Of a DNA stretch of 30,000 nt, positions 7,670 to 18,124 are shown one piece after another. Location of the stretch: NCBI GenBank assembly GCA_031261005.1, contig JAISKF010000016.1, positions 106,300-136,299 of the forward strand. The letters run 5' to 3'. How positions within the stretch are numbered: the stretch's first letter is position 1; every line of letters begins with the position of its first letter. The notes under the pieces were generated by a model. The model did no database searches. It was not told the DNA's origin and saw nothing but the letters and a program-made list of their open reading frames with translations. This DNA is from Enterobacteriaceae bacterium. Its GTDB lineage: Bacteria; Pseudomonadota; Gammaproteobacteria; Enterobacterales; Enterobacteriaceae. The position numbers and the translations under genes are program-made.

Positions 7670-9220
7670 TTAAGCCAAGCCCATAGGCTCATCGCGGAAA
7701 ATACGTTCGTCCATTAATTTTGGGGGGGTATCCATCTTTGGCTTGAAATCCATATGTGCCAAAATATCTTTTTCAATATCAATTCCCGGAGCCACTTCAA
7801 TCAGATGAAGCCCATCTTTACGCAACTCAAACACCGCACGTTCTGTGATATAGAGCACTGGCTGCCCTTGTTCAGAAGCATATTCACCACTGAACGTGAC
7901 ATGATTCACTTGCTTGATAAATTTCTTAACCTGACCTTCGTTCACAATTTCTAAACGACCATTACCCGTAGCGATTTTCAGACCTTTTGCCGTAAAAGCG
8001 CCGCAGAAAAATAACCGTTTGGCATTTTGAGTAATATTGATGAATCCACCGGCTCCAGTAATGCGCGTCCCCATTTTGCTCACATTAATGTTGCCAACTT
8101 CATCGCACTCAGCGAGACCTAAGTAAGCCAAATCAATGCCGCCGCCATCATAAAAATCAAACTGCCCAGGCTGATCCAACACACAATCTGCATTGATTGA
8201 TAAACCGAACAGTAAACCGCCAGCAGGAATCCCACCGACAGGACCCGCTTCAACCGTCAGTGTCATGTAATCGCCGATCTTTTCTTCATTCGCGACAAGC
8301 GCAACCGCTTCTGGCACGCCGATACCCAGATTGACCACCGTATCGGGTTTAAGCTCCATTGCTGCTCTTCGTCCGATGATTTTGCGCTCGTCCATAGGCA
8401 GCGGCTCAATTGCCCCAGTCGGTATACATAGTGCGCCGCTATAAACGTCCAGCATTTGATGGTCAGCTTCAGGCATGTGATCAGCCGCCGCAGGCACAAC
8501 GACCACAGCGTCTACATAGATATGAGGGATCTTCACGTCTTTAGGATTGAGCGTTCCATTTTTCACCACGCGCTCTACCTGTACGATGACTTTACCGCCG
8601 GAATTTTTTACCGCTTGCGCCATCGCCGTTACACACAGGAAAACACCCTCTTTTTCCATCGTGATATTGCCTTTTTCATCGGCTGTTGTGCCGCGAATAA
8701 AGCAGACATCTAAAGGAAACGCTTTATAGAGTAATTGTTCACGTCCGCCGACATGAATAAGCTCAACCAGATCTTCTTTTGCTGACTTATTGATCTTTCC
8801 CCCGTCCAGACGAGGATCGACAAATGTTTTCAATCCAACATGTGTAATTGTTCCAACTTTACCCGCAGCAATATCACGCAGTAATTGAGATAAAGTCCCT
8901 TGAGGCAAGTTATAGGCTTCTATTTTTTCTTCTGATGCCAACTTTCCTAATTTAGGAGACAAATTCCAATGTCCCCCGACAACACGTTTAATCAATTTTT
9001 CATGAGCTAAATGATTCAGGCAGGCATCTTTTCCATCACCCTGACCTGCCGCATACACCAGCGTTAATCCGGTTGGCGCATTCGTCTGTAAAAATCGTTT
9101 TTCCAGTGCCTTGCATAGCGCTTCTGGCTGTGCATTACACACAAATCCTTCAACTGCTAAAACATCTCCGTCCTGAATTAAAGAAACGGCTTCATCTAAC
9201 TCCATTAATTTCTTTGCCAT
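7670..9220 (-). CDS. family I acyl-CoA:carboxylate CoA-transferase, propionate CoA-transferase (Pct)/YdiF-like (516 aa)
   Basis: LIQDGDVLAVEGFV...EAYNLPQGTLSQLLRDIAAGK...GNITMEKE...VKNSGGKVIVQVERVV...MTLTVEAGPVGG...YDGGGIDLAYLGLAECDEVGNINVS parallels C. propionicum Pct and E. coli YdiF. The start is set at the ATG at 9220, preceded by AGGAG. The track ORF extends 17 codons upstream. Confidence 0.9.
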   Translation of the reverse strand: MAKKLMELDEAVSLIQDGDVLAVEGFVCNAQPEALCKALEKRFLQTNAPTGLTLVYAAGQGDGKDACLNHLAHEKLIKRVVGGHWNLSPKLGKLASEEKIEAYNLPQGTLSQLLRDIAAGKVGTITHVGLKTFVDPRLDGGKINKSAKEDLVELIHVGGREQLLYKAFPLDVCFIRGTTADEKGNITMEKEGVFLCVTAMAQAVKNSGGKVIVQVERVVKNGTLNPKDVKIPHIYVDAVVVVPAAADHMPEADHQMLDVYSGALCIPTGAIEPLPMDERKIIGRRAAMELKPDTVVNLGIGVPEAVALVANEEKIGDYMTLTVEAGPVGGIPAGGLLFGLSINADCVLDQPGQFDFYDGGGIDLAYLGLAECDEVGNINVSKMGTRITGAGGFINITQNAKRLFFCGAFTAKGLKIATGNGRLEIVNEGQVKKFIKQVNHVTFSGEYASEQGQPVLYITERAVFELRKDGLHLIEVAPGIDIEKDILAHMDFKPKMDTPPKLMDERIFRDEPMGLA

Positions 9221-9508
9221 ACATACTCCTGCATTTTTGCGTTCTACTTCACTGTCAACACAGATCAACATTCTTGAATAGAAACGTCCTGCTGCTTCTC
9301 CGATAAAGTCAGGGACTCTTCTTTATTCGATTTACACGCTGACTACAGAGCTACTAAGTGCATGAAATACAGTGCATAAAACATGCCACCTATTAACAAT
9401 GGCTTTAATTCACAGTTAATACATTGTTTTATATATGGAAATAAAGGTTACAGGAGGGATTGCGATACTGATTATTAGTGAAAGGCGACATAAATAATGT
9501 AGTGTTTG

Positions 9509-9535
9509 CCCTACACTTTTTGAAAAAGTGTAGGG
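9509..9535. promoter_or_regulatory. perfect 27-bp palindrome ccctacacttttt-g-aaaaagtgtaggg in the non-coding region upstream of the CoA-transferase operon
   Basis: Read directly: 13-bp arms and a 1-nt centre. The arms end in GTAGGG, the same head as the REP-like hairpins elsewhere in the window. Confidence 0.5.
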
Positions 9536-10030
9536 TGAAGAGCAGCACATACAGTAAATGAATCGGAGGTTTATTTGGGTAAGGAAATGGGGAAATTAAT
9601 AGATTGATAATAACGTCTAGCCGCAAACATATTTCTAGCGTTGTATCAACCAGATAGTATTGAATAGTTGAAAAAACTATTCGCTCAATAAAGCGATATT
9701 CATGTTATTAAAAAGCACTAAGTATTTTTTATGCTGCACTGTTTGTACATTTCTGATACAAATACAGTCGATTTTATTATGTAAATCCACAAATTAAAAA
9801 ATTACATCTTAACTAAAATCTGTATCCACAAGGACTGACATGAATACGTTATCCCCTTACCTGCTCGAAATCTGGAAGTCGTCAGCTCGCTGGCAGATAT
9901 TCCGCCGGAGCAGGTACTCAATAAATTTTCCAACTTTCTCCTATATATCATTGAAACAAAGTGTAAAAACAGAAACAGATATACCAGAGAACGACACACT
10001 GGTTGAACAGTTAATGGAGAAAAAACAATC

Positions 10031-10822
10031 ATGATTTCATTATCACTCGACGATGGCGTCAACTGTTGCAGTATTTATTTTGATGAGAAAGGTCAGGGAT
10101 ATACAACCAGGGCAACGCAGAGTCATTGGGTTGAGTATGCAGATAAAAACAGATCGGAAGCCCCCTCTGAAAATTTTGCGGGATTTACTAACGGCAACGA
10201 TGCCCAATTCTTTTTAGGCGGAAAAGCCTATTTTGAAGCGTTGCTGTCCGCCTTTAAGCAGGCGAAGAAAAGTATTTATATCGCTGGCTGGCAGGTCAAC
10301 TGGGACGCGCAACTGGCTGACGGTGTGCGTCTGGTTGATGCGTTATTAGATGTGGCGAAGAGTGTGCCGGGGATTAAAATTTATATTATGCCGTGGAAGA
10401 ATCGTTCTCCGATTGAGACGTATGCCAGAGCCACCGAGCGAGTCTTTGCCGCGATGAATCATCATCTGGGTAAACGAGTTTTCTTTGTCCAGTTAGCCAG
10501 TCACAATGACAGCACCGCCTTATTTTTCTCTCATCATCAAAAATGCGTCATTATCGACGAGGAGATTGCCTTTGTCGGCGGTATTGACCTTGCCTATGGG
10601 CGCTATGATGACCATTTTGGTTTGATTGCCAGTGCCGATAATCGCAAGGGTCTCAATCAATACAATCCCTGCGTTCCCCAGATGTTGACGGGGACAGCGG
10701 AAGCCTATGACCCGATGCGTGAACATATCACACTCATGACATCGAATGATGATGAAAAACCTTATCATGAACAGCAAAATATCAAGCAATGCAATGAGAA
10801 AGCGGTACAGCGTATGCCGTAG
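10031..10822 (+). CDS. phospholipase D superfamily protein with a single HKD motif, probably a 3'-truncated remnant of a eukaryotic-type PLD (PldA/PldB/Tle5-like)
   Basis: [33 protein letters not shown], then [29 protein letters not shown] (HxKxxxxD at nt 10535-10558). This is almost the human PLD1 HKD1 string [27 protein letters not shown] as I recall it. The ORF stops about 90 codons after HKD1. There is no second HKD anywhere before sapA. Confidence 0.7.
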   Translation: [263 protein letters not shown]

Positions 10823-11039
10823 CAGGACTATCAGGTGAAGGTGAAGATTAAGTTGTGTTCCTGTTAATTTTTCTTGCCCTATCGCCTCAAAAATACCTCA
10901 TGCTCTAAATGGAGATAACTTTAATCATAATCGCCAATTTTATACACATCGTCCCTCCCCGAAACACCCATTCCCCATGCCAATAACCGAGATGGCAGGT
11001 ATACTTCTACTTATTGCTAATTTGAACTGTAGAAAATCT

Positions 11040-12749
11040 ATGCGTGGGTTAACTTTTTGGCTGTCGGTGTATGTTGGTTTTCTGATGCCTGTTTTTGCCT
11101 CTATGGGCAAAACATCGGTAGATCAGCCATTGCTCTCTCCGGCTGTTGGGATTGAGTCAGGCACGCCACCAGCGAAACCGTTAATGGATATTCGTCAAAG
11201 CGGGTTTGTTTATTGCGTAAGCGGTGTAGTGGATAGTTTTAATCCGCAAATCGCGAATGGCGGTGTGTTAGTGGATACCATCGCCGTACAGCTTTATAAC
11301 CGTTTACTTGATGTTGATCCCGATAATTATCGTTTGATCCCTGAGTTAGCCGAACGTTGGGAAAGTTTAAATGGCGGTTCAACCTACCGTTTTTATCTGC
11401 GTAAAAATGTGCCTTTTCAGTCTACGGAATGGTTTACGCCAACACGCATGATGAATGCTGATGATGTAGTATTTAGTTTTAGCCGTATTTTTAATCAGGA
11501 ATCGCCTTATCACAGCGTCAACGGCGGTCATTATCCCTATTTTGACAGTATGCAGTTTTCTGATGCGGTAAAAAGTATTGCGAAAATTGATGATTACACT
11601 GTAGAAATTCAACTTTATCAGCCTGATGCTTCGTTTTTATGGCATTTAGCAACCCACTATGCGCCCGTGCTTTCTGCTGAATATGCGCGTAATTTAACGC
11701 AACGCGGAATGCAGGAATTAATTGATCGCCAGCCGGTTGGTACAGGTCCTTTTCTGCTGAAAGAGTTCCGTGCAGGGCAATTTATCCGTTTGTATCGTAA
11801 TGAAAATTACTGGCGCGGTATGGTGAAAATGCCGCAAGTGGTGATTGATCTCGGTGCTGGCGGTACAGGACGTTTATCCAAATTATTAACCGGTGAATGT
11901 GATGTTTTGGCATATCCGGCAGCCAGTCAGCTTTCTATTTTACGTAATGATCCGCGTTTACGTATTTCGTTGCGAATGGGCATGAATGTCGCTTATCTGG
12001 CATTTAACACCAGCAAAGCGCCGCTAAATGATGTGCGCGTGCGGCAAGCGATTTCACTGGCGATTAATAATCAACGCCTGATGCAATCGGTCTATTATGG
12101 TACAGCCGAAACCGCAGCATCAATTTTACCAAGAACGTCATGGGCTTATGATAACGATGCAAAAATTACTGAATACAATGTCGAACAAGCCAGACAGTTG
12201 TTACAACAAGCAGGGATCACCAAGCTGCGTTTGCATTTATGGGTGCCGACGGCATCACGCTCTTATAACCCTAGCCCGGTAAAAATGGCGGAGCTAATTC
12301 AGGCGGATCTGGCGCAGCTCAATATTAAAGTCACTATTGTGCCGATTGAGGGACGTATTCAGGAGACACACCTTAGCGATGAGGATCACGATTTAACGCT
12401 AACCGGCTGGGCAACTGACAGTAATGATCCCGATAGTTTTTTCCGTCCGTTGCTGAGTTGCGCCGGTATTGATTCTCATACCAATTATGCTCATTGGTGT
12501 AATCCTGAGTTCGACCGTTTATTAACTGATGGCGTGGTGACGCAAGAGCTGGTTAATCGCATCAATATTTACCAGCACGCGCAACAAATATTGGCTCAAG
12601 AACTTCCTGTTTTGCCTTTAGCATCTTCATTGCGGATACAAGCCTATCGCCATGATATAAAAGGACTGGTGTTGAGTCCGCTGGGCAATGTATCTTTTGC
12701 TGGTGTATACCGTGAACAGACAAATCAAGAACAAGCAGAGAATAACTGA
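11040..12749 (+). CDS. sapA: periplasmic substrate-binding protein SapA of the Sap ABC transporter
   Basis: [12 protein letters not shown]...[72 protein letters not shown] is collinear with E. coli SapA. The start is set at the internal ATG ([10 protein letters not shown]..), which gives a signal-peptide-like N-terminus. The track ORF begins at 10977. Confidence 0.92.
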   Translation: MRGLTFWLSVYVGFLMPVFASMGKTSVDQPLLSPAVGIESGTPPAKPLMDIRQSGFVYCVSGVVDSFNPQIANGGVLVDTIAVQLYNRLLDVDPDNYRLIPELAERWESLNGGSTYRFYLRKNVPFQSTEWFTPTRMMNADDVVFSFSRIFNQESPYHSVNGGHYPYFDSMQFSDAVKSIAKIDDYTVEIQLYQPDASFLWHLATHYAPVLSAEYARNLTQRGMQELIDRQPVGTGPFLLKEFRAGQFIRLYRNENYWRGMVKMPQVVIDLGAGGTGRLSKLLTGECDVLAYPAASQLSILRNDPRLRISLRMGMNVAYLAFNTSKAPLNDVRVRQAISLAINNQRLMQSVYYGTAETAASILPRTSWAYDNDAKITEYNVEQARQLLQQAGITKLRLHLWVPTASRSYNPSPVKMAELIQADLAQLNIKVTIVPIEGRIQETHLSDEDHDLTLTGWATDSNDPDSFFRPLLSCAGIDSHTNYAHWCNPEFDRLLTDGVVTQELVNRINIYQHAQQILAQELPVLPLASSLRIQAYRHDIKGLVLSPLGNVSFAGVYREQTNQEQAENN

Positions 12750-13714
12750 TGATTATTTATCTTCTCAGGCGACTATTGCTGGCATTGGTGACGCTGCTGA
12801 TTTTAACTTTTGTCAGCTTTAGCCTCTCATATTACACGCCCAATGCGCCATTGAGCGGATCAAGTCTGCTTGATGCTTATCCGTTTTATCTACAAAACTT
12901 GCTGCACGGTGATTTCGGTACGTCGGTGATTAATGAGCAACCCATTAGTGATCAACTCAAGCTGGTTTTCCCCGCGACGCTGGAACTTTGTGTTTTAGCA
13001 TTTGTGATCGCATTAGGTTCGGGCATTCCGCTTGGTATCACTGCGGCAATGAACAAAGGTAAATGGCTGGATCGTATTATTACGTCGGTTTCCCTTGTCG
13101 GTTTTTCCATTCCTATTTTTTGGCTGGCGCTGTTACTGATGCTGTTCTTCTCGCTGAATATCGGTTATCTGCCGGTATCAGGGCAATATGATTTGCTTTA
13201 TCAAATTCAGCCCGTAACCGGCGCTGCGCTGATTGATGCCCTGCTGTCTGATTCACCGTATCGTGAACAAATTATTATCAGCATGATTAAACATCTGATT
13301 TTACCGGTGATGACACTCTCTTTTGCGCCGATGACAGAAGTTATTCGCCTTACGCGCCAGAGCGTGATCCAGATCATCGGGCAGAATTATATTAAAGCCG
13401 CCGCTACGCGCGGTTTATCACGGTTCACCATTATTCACCGTCATGTTTTGCACAACGTTTTTCCGATCATTATTCCTAAACTCAGTTTGCAGTTTTCTAC
13501 TATGCTGGCATTAGCGATGATGGCTGAATATGTTTTTAACTGGCCAGGACTTGGGCGCTGGCTGATTATTGCGATCCGTCAGCAGGATTTTGCCGTGATC
13601 TCAGCCGGTATTATGGTGATGGGAAGTCTGTCTATTACGGTGAATTTGATTGCCGATATGTTCAGTGCGATGACCAATCCGTTCAAAAATAAGGAATGGT
13701 ATGCTTTCAGATAA
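12749..13714 (+). CDS. sapB: Sap ABC transporter permease SapB
   Basis: 321 aa, the same length as E. coli SapB. ABC permease topology. The start overlaps the sapA stop (TGATG). Confidence 0.92.
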   Translation: MIIYLLRRLLLALVTLLILTFVSFSLSYYTPNAPLSGSSLLDAYPFYLQNLLHGDFGTSVINEQPISDQLKLVFPATLELCVLAFVIALGSGIPLGITAAMNKGKWLDRIITSVSLVGFSIPIFWLALLLMLFFSLNIGYLPVSGQYDLLYQIQPVTGAALIDALLSDSPYREQIIISMIKHLILPVMTLSFAPMTEVIRLTRQSVIQIIGQNYIKAAATRGLSRFTIIHRHVLHNVFPIIIPKLSLQFSTMLALAMMAEYVFNWPGLGRWLIIAIRQQDFAVISAGIMVMGSLSITVNLIADMFSAMTNPFKNKEWYAFR

Positions 13715-14600
13715 CGTCTATCGGGAAAATAAAATGCCCAGCGCGTTTAGCTATATCTGGCATCGTATTCGTCGGGATATTCTGGCAATGATTGGGCTAT
13801 ATGGTGTGCTGTTATTAATCGCGCTGTGTCTGTTCGGTCAGATGATTGCGCCGTATCAGTTAGATCAACAGTTTCTCGGTTATCAACTATTGCCGCCCTC
13901 CTGGTCGCGTCATGGCGATGTGTCGTTCTTTCTTGGTACAGATGATTTGGGGCGCGATATTCTTAGTCGGCTGTTAAATGGCGCAGCGCCGACATTTGGT
14001 GCTGCGTTGTTGGTAACACTTGCAGCGGCGTTATTTGGTACTATTTTAGGGACACTTGCGGGCGTTTCGCGCGGGTTAAAATCCGCTTTTTTGAATCATC
14101 TTTTAGATACGCTGCTGGCGATCCCCTCGTTGCTTATCGCCATTATTGTGGTGGCGTTTGTCGGTCCGCGTTTAGAACACGCGGCTTTTGCTGTATGGCT
14201 GGCGCTGCTGCCGCGTATAGTACACACCATTTATCGCACGGTTTATGACGAGCTGAAAAAAGAGTATGTGATTGCAGCGCGTTTAGATGGCGCATCGACC
14301 TCGTATATTTTACGTAATGGCTTGCTGCCGAATATTGCGCCTGTGTTGGTATCTGAATTTACCCGCTCATTATCGATGGCAATTATGGACATCGCCGCGC
14401 TAGGTTTTTTAAATCTCGGCGCACAATTTCCGTCTCCTGAATGGGGCGCAATGTTGGGCGATTCCCTTGAGCTGATTTATGTTGCGCCGTGGTGTGTGAT
14501 GCTGCCTGGCGTATCAATTATGATAAGTGTATTGCTGGTTAACCTGCTTGGCGACGGGATTTACCGCGCTATTGCGATTAGTGATGAATACTATGAATGA
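13701..14600 (+). CDS. sapC: Sap ABC transporter permease SapC
   Basis: [37 protein letters not shown] and [11 protein letters not shown]... match E. coli SapC almost exactly. It overlaps sapB by 14 nt. Confidence 0.92.
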   Translation: MLSDNVYRENKMPSAFSYIWHRIRRDILAMIGLYGVLLLIALCLFGQMIAPYQLDQQFLGYQLLPPSWSRHGDVSFFLGTDDLGRDILSRLLNGAAPTFGAALLVTLAAALFGTILGTLAGVSRGLKSAFLNHLLDTLLAIPSLLIAIIVVAFVGPRLEHAAFAVWLALLPRIVHTIYRTVYDELKKEYVIAARLDGASTSYILRNGLLPNIAPVLVSEFTRSLSMAIMDIAALGFLNLGAQFPSPEWGAMLGDSLELIYVAPWCVMLPGVSIMISVLLVNLLGDGIYRAIAISDEYYE

Positions 14601-14616
14601 TTAAGAGTAATAAATA

Positions 14617-15612
14617 ATGCCCTTATTAGATATTCGCAATCTTACCATTGAATTCATGACTTCCGCCGGTCCGGTTAAAGCGGTGGATCGCGTCAGTCTG
14701 ACCTTTACAGAGGGCGAAATTCGCGGGATCGTGGGTGAATCCGGCTCCGGTAAAAGTTTAATTGCCAAAGCGATTTGCGGTGTCAGTAAAGATAACTGGC
14801 GCATTACGGCTGACCGTTTCCGTTTCAATGATATTGACTTGCTCAAACTTACACCGCGCCAGCGCAGAAAGCTGGTCGGGCATAATATCTCAATGATTTT
14901 TCAAGAGCCGCAATCTTGTCTCGATCCCTCAGCAAAAATAGGAAAACAGCTCATTCAGGCGATTCCTGGCTGGACATATAAAGGGCATTGGTGGCAGCGT
15001 TTTAACTGGCGCAAACATCGCGCCATTGAGTTATTGCACCGCGTAGGGATTAAAGATCACCAAGATATTATGCGGAGTTATCCTTATGAACTGACTGAGG
15101 GCGAATGCCAAAAAGTGATGATCGCCATCGCACTGGCAAATCAACCTCGTTTGCTGATCGCTGATGAACCAACTAATGCAATGGAACCGACAACACAGGC
15201 GCAAATTTTCCGTTTATTGGCGCGCATGAATCAAAACAATAACACCACGATTCTGCTGATCAGCCATGACTTACAAATGATGAGTAAATGGGCAACCAGA
15301 ATTAACGTGATGTATTGCGGGCAAACGGTGGAAAGCGCACTGTGCGAAGAATTATTAACCATGCCGCATCACCCTTATACACAAGCATTAATTCGCGCAA
15401 TGCCGGATTTTGGTCGAGCTTTGCTGCATAAAAGCCGCTTAAATACGCTGTCTGGCGTGATCCCGTCCCTTGAGCATTTACCGATCGGCTGTCGCTTAGG
15501 TCCGCGCTGCCCGTATGCACAGAAAAAATGTATTGAAACACCGCGTATCCGCGATATTAAAGGTCATCGATTCTCCTGCCATTTCCCGCTGAATATTGAG
15601 GAGACATCTTGA
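14617..15612 (+). CDS. sapD: Sap ABC transporter ATP-binding protein SapD
   Basis: [58 protein letters not shown] is collinear with E. coli SapD. Confidence 0.95.
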   Translation: MPLLDIRNLTIEFMTSAGPVKAVDRVSLTFTEGEIRGIVGESGSGKSLIAKAICGVSKDNWRITADRFRFNDIDLLKLTPRQRRKLVGHNISMIFQEPQSCLDPSAKIGKQLIQAIPGWTYKGHWWQRFNWRKHRAIELLHRVGIKDHQDIMRSYPYELTEGECQKVMIAIALANQPRLLIADEPTNAMEPTTQAQIFRLLARMNQNNNTTILLISHDLQMMSKWATRINVMYCGQTVESALCEELLTMPHHPYTQALIRAMPDFGRALLHKSRLNTLSGVIPSLEHLPIGCRLGPRCPYAQKKCIETPRIRDIKGHRFSCHFPLNIEETS

Positions 15613-16424
15613 TGAGTACCTTGCTGGAAGTTCGTAATTTATCAAAAACCTTTCACTTTCGTACCGGATTGTTCCGCCCGAACGAACTGGAAGCGGTAAA
15701 ACCGGTCAGTTTTATACTGCGTGAAAAACAAACTCTGGCAATTATCGGGGAAAATGGCTCTGGCAAATCCACGCTGGCGAAGATGATCTCCGGCATGATC
15801 AAGCCCTCTTCCGGTGAAATGCTAATCGATGATCATAAACTGGAATTTGGCGATTACAGTTATCGCAGCCAGCATATTCGTATGATATTTCAAGACCCAA
15901 ATACCTCGTTCAATCCAAGACAACGCATTGGGCAATTGCTGGATATTCCGCTGCGGCTTAATACCAATCTTGCGGCGTCAGCACGGGAAAAACAGATTAA
16001 TATGACACTACGCCAAGTCGGGTTGCTGCCGGATCATGCTTATTACTATCCGCAAATGCTGGCATCAGGGCAAAAGCAGCGCGTGGCGCTGGCACGGGCG
16101 TTGATTCTGCAACCCAAAATTATTGTTGCTGATGAAGCCTTAGCGTCGCTGGATATGTCTATGCGTTCACAGTTGATCAACTTAATGATGGAATTACAAG
16201 AAAAGCACGGTATATCCTACATCTATGTGAGCCAGCATTTAGGCATGGTGAAACATGTCAGCGATCAATTATTTGTGATGCAAAACGGTGAAGTCGTGGA
16301 GCGCGGAAATACAGCGGAAGTCATCGCATCACCGCTGCATGATATTACGCGGCGTTTGATTAACAGCCACTTTACCGAGACATTCACCGCAGATCACTGG
16401 CGGAAAGATAACTTAGATTTTTAA
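15612..16424 (+). CDS. sapF: Sap ABC transporter ATP-binding protein SapF
   Basis: LLEVRNLSKTF..GENGSGKSTLAKM..SGQKQRVALARALIL..ADEALASLD is collinear with E. coli SapF. The ATG at 15612 overlaps the sapD TGA. The track uses the TTG at 15609. Confidence 0.93.
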   Translation: MSTLLEVRNLSKTFHFRTGLFRPNELEAVKPVSFILREKQTLAIIGENGSGKSTLAKMISGMIKPSSGEMLIDDHKLEFGDYSYRSQHIRMIFQDPNTSFNPRQRIGQLLDIPLRLNTNLAASAREKQINMTLRQVGLLPDHAYYYPQMLASGQKQRVALARALILQPKIIVADEALASLDMSMRSQLINLMMELQEKHGISYIYVSQHLGMVKHVSDQLFVMQNGEVVERGNTAEVIASPLHDITRRLINSHFTETFTADHWRKDNLDF

Positions 16425-16643
16425 ATTTACTGGTATGAAGCAATGAAAATAACGCATACCAATAAAACACAAGGGGAATAGCACTAGTTCTCCCGTTTGC
16501 TATTACAGCAACACGACTGATCGGAGCAGTTCCACAAAGGTACACTATCTTGTGCTGTTGCATGATAGAATCGCTCCGTTTTTTAACACTGACCGACGCG
16601 GACATATTCCAGCGGTCATAAATTGACTACAAGGATCATAGCT

Positions 16644-17432
16644 ATGGGTTTTCTGACCGGTAAGCGTATTCTGATTACTGGTGTTGCCAGCAATCGCTCT
16701 ATCGCCTTTGGTATCGCGCAGGCGATGAAACGTGAAGGTGCTGAACTGGCTTTTACTTATCAGAACGAAAGATTGAAATCTCGCGTAGATGAGTTCGCCG
16801 CAGAATTAGGCAGCAACATTGTGTTGCCTTGTGATGTTGCTGAAGATGAAAGCATCACTACGCTGTTCACTGAATTAGCCAAAGTATGGCCTAAGTTTGA
16901 TGGTTTCGTTCACTCTATCGGTTTCGCACCAGGCGACCAGTTAGACGGCGATTATGTCAATGCCGTAACCCGTGACGGTTTCAAAATTGCACATGACATC
17001 AGCTCTTACAGCTTTGTTGCATTAGCAAAAGCCTGCCGCGAAATGCTGAATAAAGATTCTGCATTACTCACTCTTTCCTATTTAGGTGCAGAGCGCGCAA
17101 TTCCTAACTACAACGTGATGGGATTAGCTAAAGCGTCACTGGAAGCTAACGTGCGCTATATGGCTAATGCAATGGGACCAGAAGGTATTCGTGTTAATGC
17201 TATTTCTGCGGGTCCAATCCGTACTCTGGCTGCTTCCGGCATTAAAGATTTCAAAAAAATGCTGTCTCACTGTGAAGCCGTAACGCCAATTCGCCGTACT
17301 GTAACCATTGAAGATGTGGGTAATTCTGCTGCGTTCTTGTGTTCAAATCTGGCTGCGGGTGTAAGCGGTGAAGTTCTGCACGTTGACGGCGGTTTCAGTA
17401 TCGCGGCAATGAATGAACTTGAATTGAAATAA
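16644..17432 (+). CDS. fabI: enoyl-[acyl-carrier-protein] reductase (NADH) FabI
   Basis: [16 protein letters not shown]...through...[17 protein letters not shown] is near-identical to E. coli FabI over its full length. The true start is the ATG at 16644, and the track's TTG at 16623 is an extension. Confidence 0.97.
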   Translation: MGFLTGKRILITGVASNRSIAFGIAQAMKREGAELAFTYQNERLKSRVDEFAAELGSNIVLPCDVAEDESITTLFTELAKVWPKFDGFVHSIGFAPGDQLDGDYVNAVTRDGFKIAHDISSYSFVALAKACREMLNKDSALLTLSYLGAERAIPNYNVMGLAKASLEANVRYMANAMGPEGIRVNAISAGPIRTLAASGIKDFKKMLSHCEAVTPIRRTVTIEDVGNSAAFLCSNLAAGVSGEVLHVDGGFSIAAMNELELK

Positions 17433-17491
17433 TAGAAAAATAATTCTTTGTGTAACTAGCTGAGTAACTACCAGAAGAGTTATTAACTAAC

Positions 17492-17520
17492 GGGCAACCT
17501 TTATGGTTGCCCTTTGTTTG
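17492..17520 (+). terminator. intrinsic terminator after fabI (convergent with ppnP)
   Basis: gggcaacc-tttat-ggttgccc followed by tttgtttg. Confidence 0.75.
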
Positions 17521-17535
17521 GGTAAATTCAGAGAA

Positions 17536-17820
17536 TTATAGATAGCGGCATAAATAAGCGGTAGGTTCACAAACCTGTACGTTAAATTCACTTTTGCCCG
17601 GAACATGGAACGATTCGCCCTCATCAAATACCGTCCATTCTGTAGCTCCCGGCAATAACACATTCAAAGAGCCAGTAATTACGGTCATCTCTTCAGGTTG
17701 CGATGTACTAAAGTTGTATTCTCCCGCGTCCATAACGCCAATACTGGAACGCCCGATACTGCCATTTTCAAAGCCAATGGATTTTACTCTTCCTGCAAAA
17801 TATTCGTTTACATTTAGCAT
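17536..17820 (-). CDS. ppnP: pyrimidine/purine nucleoside phosphorylase PpnP (YaiE, DUF1255)
   Basis: [13 protein letters not shown]...[24 protein letters not shown]...[10 protein letters not shown] parallels E. coli YaiE/PpnP. 94 aa. Confidence 0.92.
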   Translation of the reverse strand: MLNVNEYFAGRVKSIGFENGSIGRSSIGVMDAGEYNFSTSQPEEMTVITGSLNVLLPGATEWTVFDEGESFHVPGKSEFNVQVCEPTAYLCRYL

Positions 17821-18124
17821 AATTTGGCACCTGAGTTGAGTGAGAAATTAAAGTCTTATATTAGAAATATCAGTAAATTATTGTTACCAGGAAAAGCTAA
17901 CTTTGTGAAGCAACGCCGATAATCCATCTTTATTTCGGTTTTATCCCTTTTAACCGCCCTATTTATCAAAAGATCGACTAAAATTATCGCCGAAATATTC
18001 TGTCATATCTCTGATTGGTCGATTAATTGGAAAAACAGCAGGATAAGCCTTGCTCCGCACAGCCCTTTTGTGTAAAACAAGCCATTCTAAAATGGCTCAC
18101 TCATTCATAGCGTTTCAATAATAT

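Noticed and set aside
9429-10062. Small ORFs 9429-9626 (-), 9802-10062 (-) and 9840-10034 (+)
   Set aside because: The two minus-strand ORFs are low-complexity translations of AT-rich DNA with no RBS or recognisable motif. The + ORF at 9840 is kept only as a note under the PLD finding (ATGA overlap), because I cannot support it as an independent gene.
10031-10822. PLD-family ORF as a phage-defence nuclease (DrmC/Nuc-like single-HKD)
   Set aside because: The sequence context around the HKD ([19 protein letters not shown]) is that of two-HKD eukaryotic-type lipid PLDs, not Nuc-type nucleases. No partner defence genes (helicase, methylase, ATPase) are adjacent.
16384-16643. ORF 16384-16605 (-) and a weak hairpin (tggtatg..catacca) between sapF and fabI
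   Set aside because: The ORF overlaps the sapF 3' end and has no motif. The hairpin has a 7-bp stem, a 17-nt loop and no U-tract, so I do not call a terminator or sRNA here.
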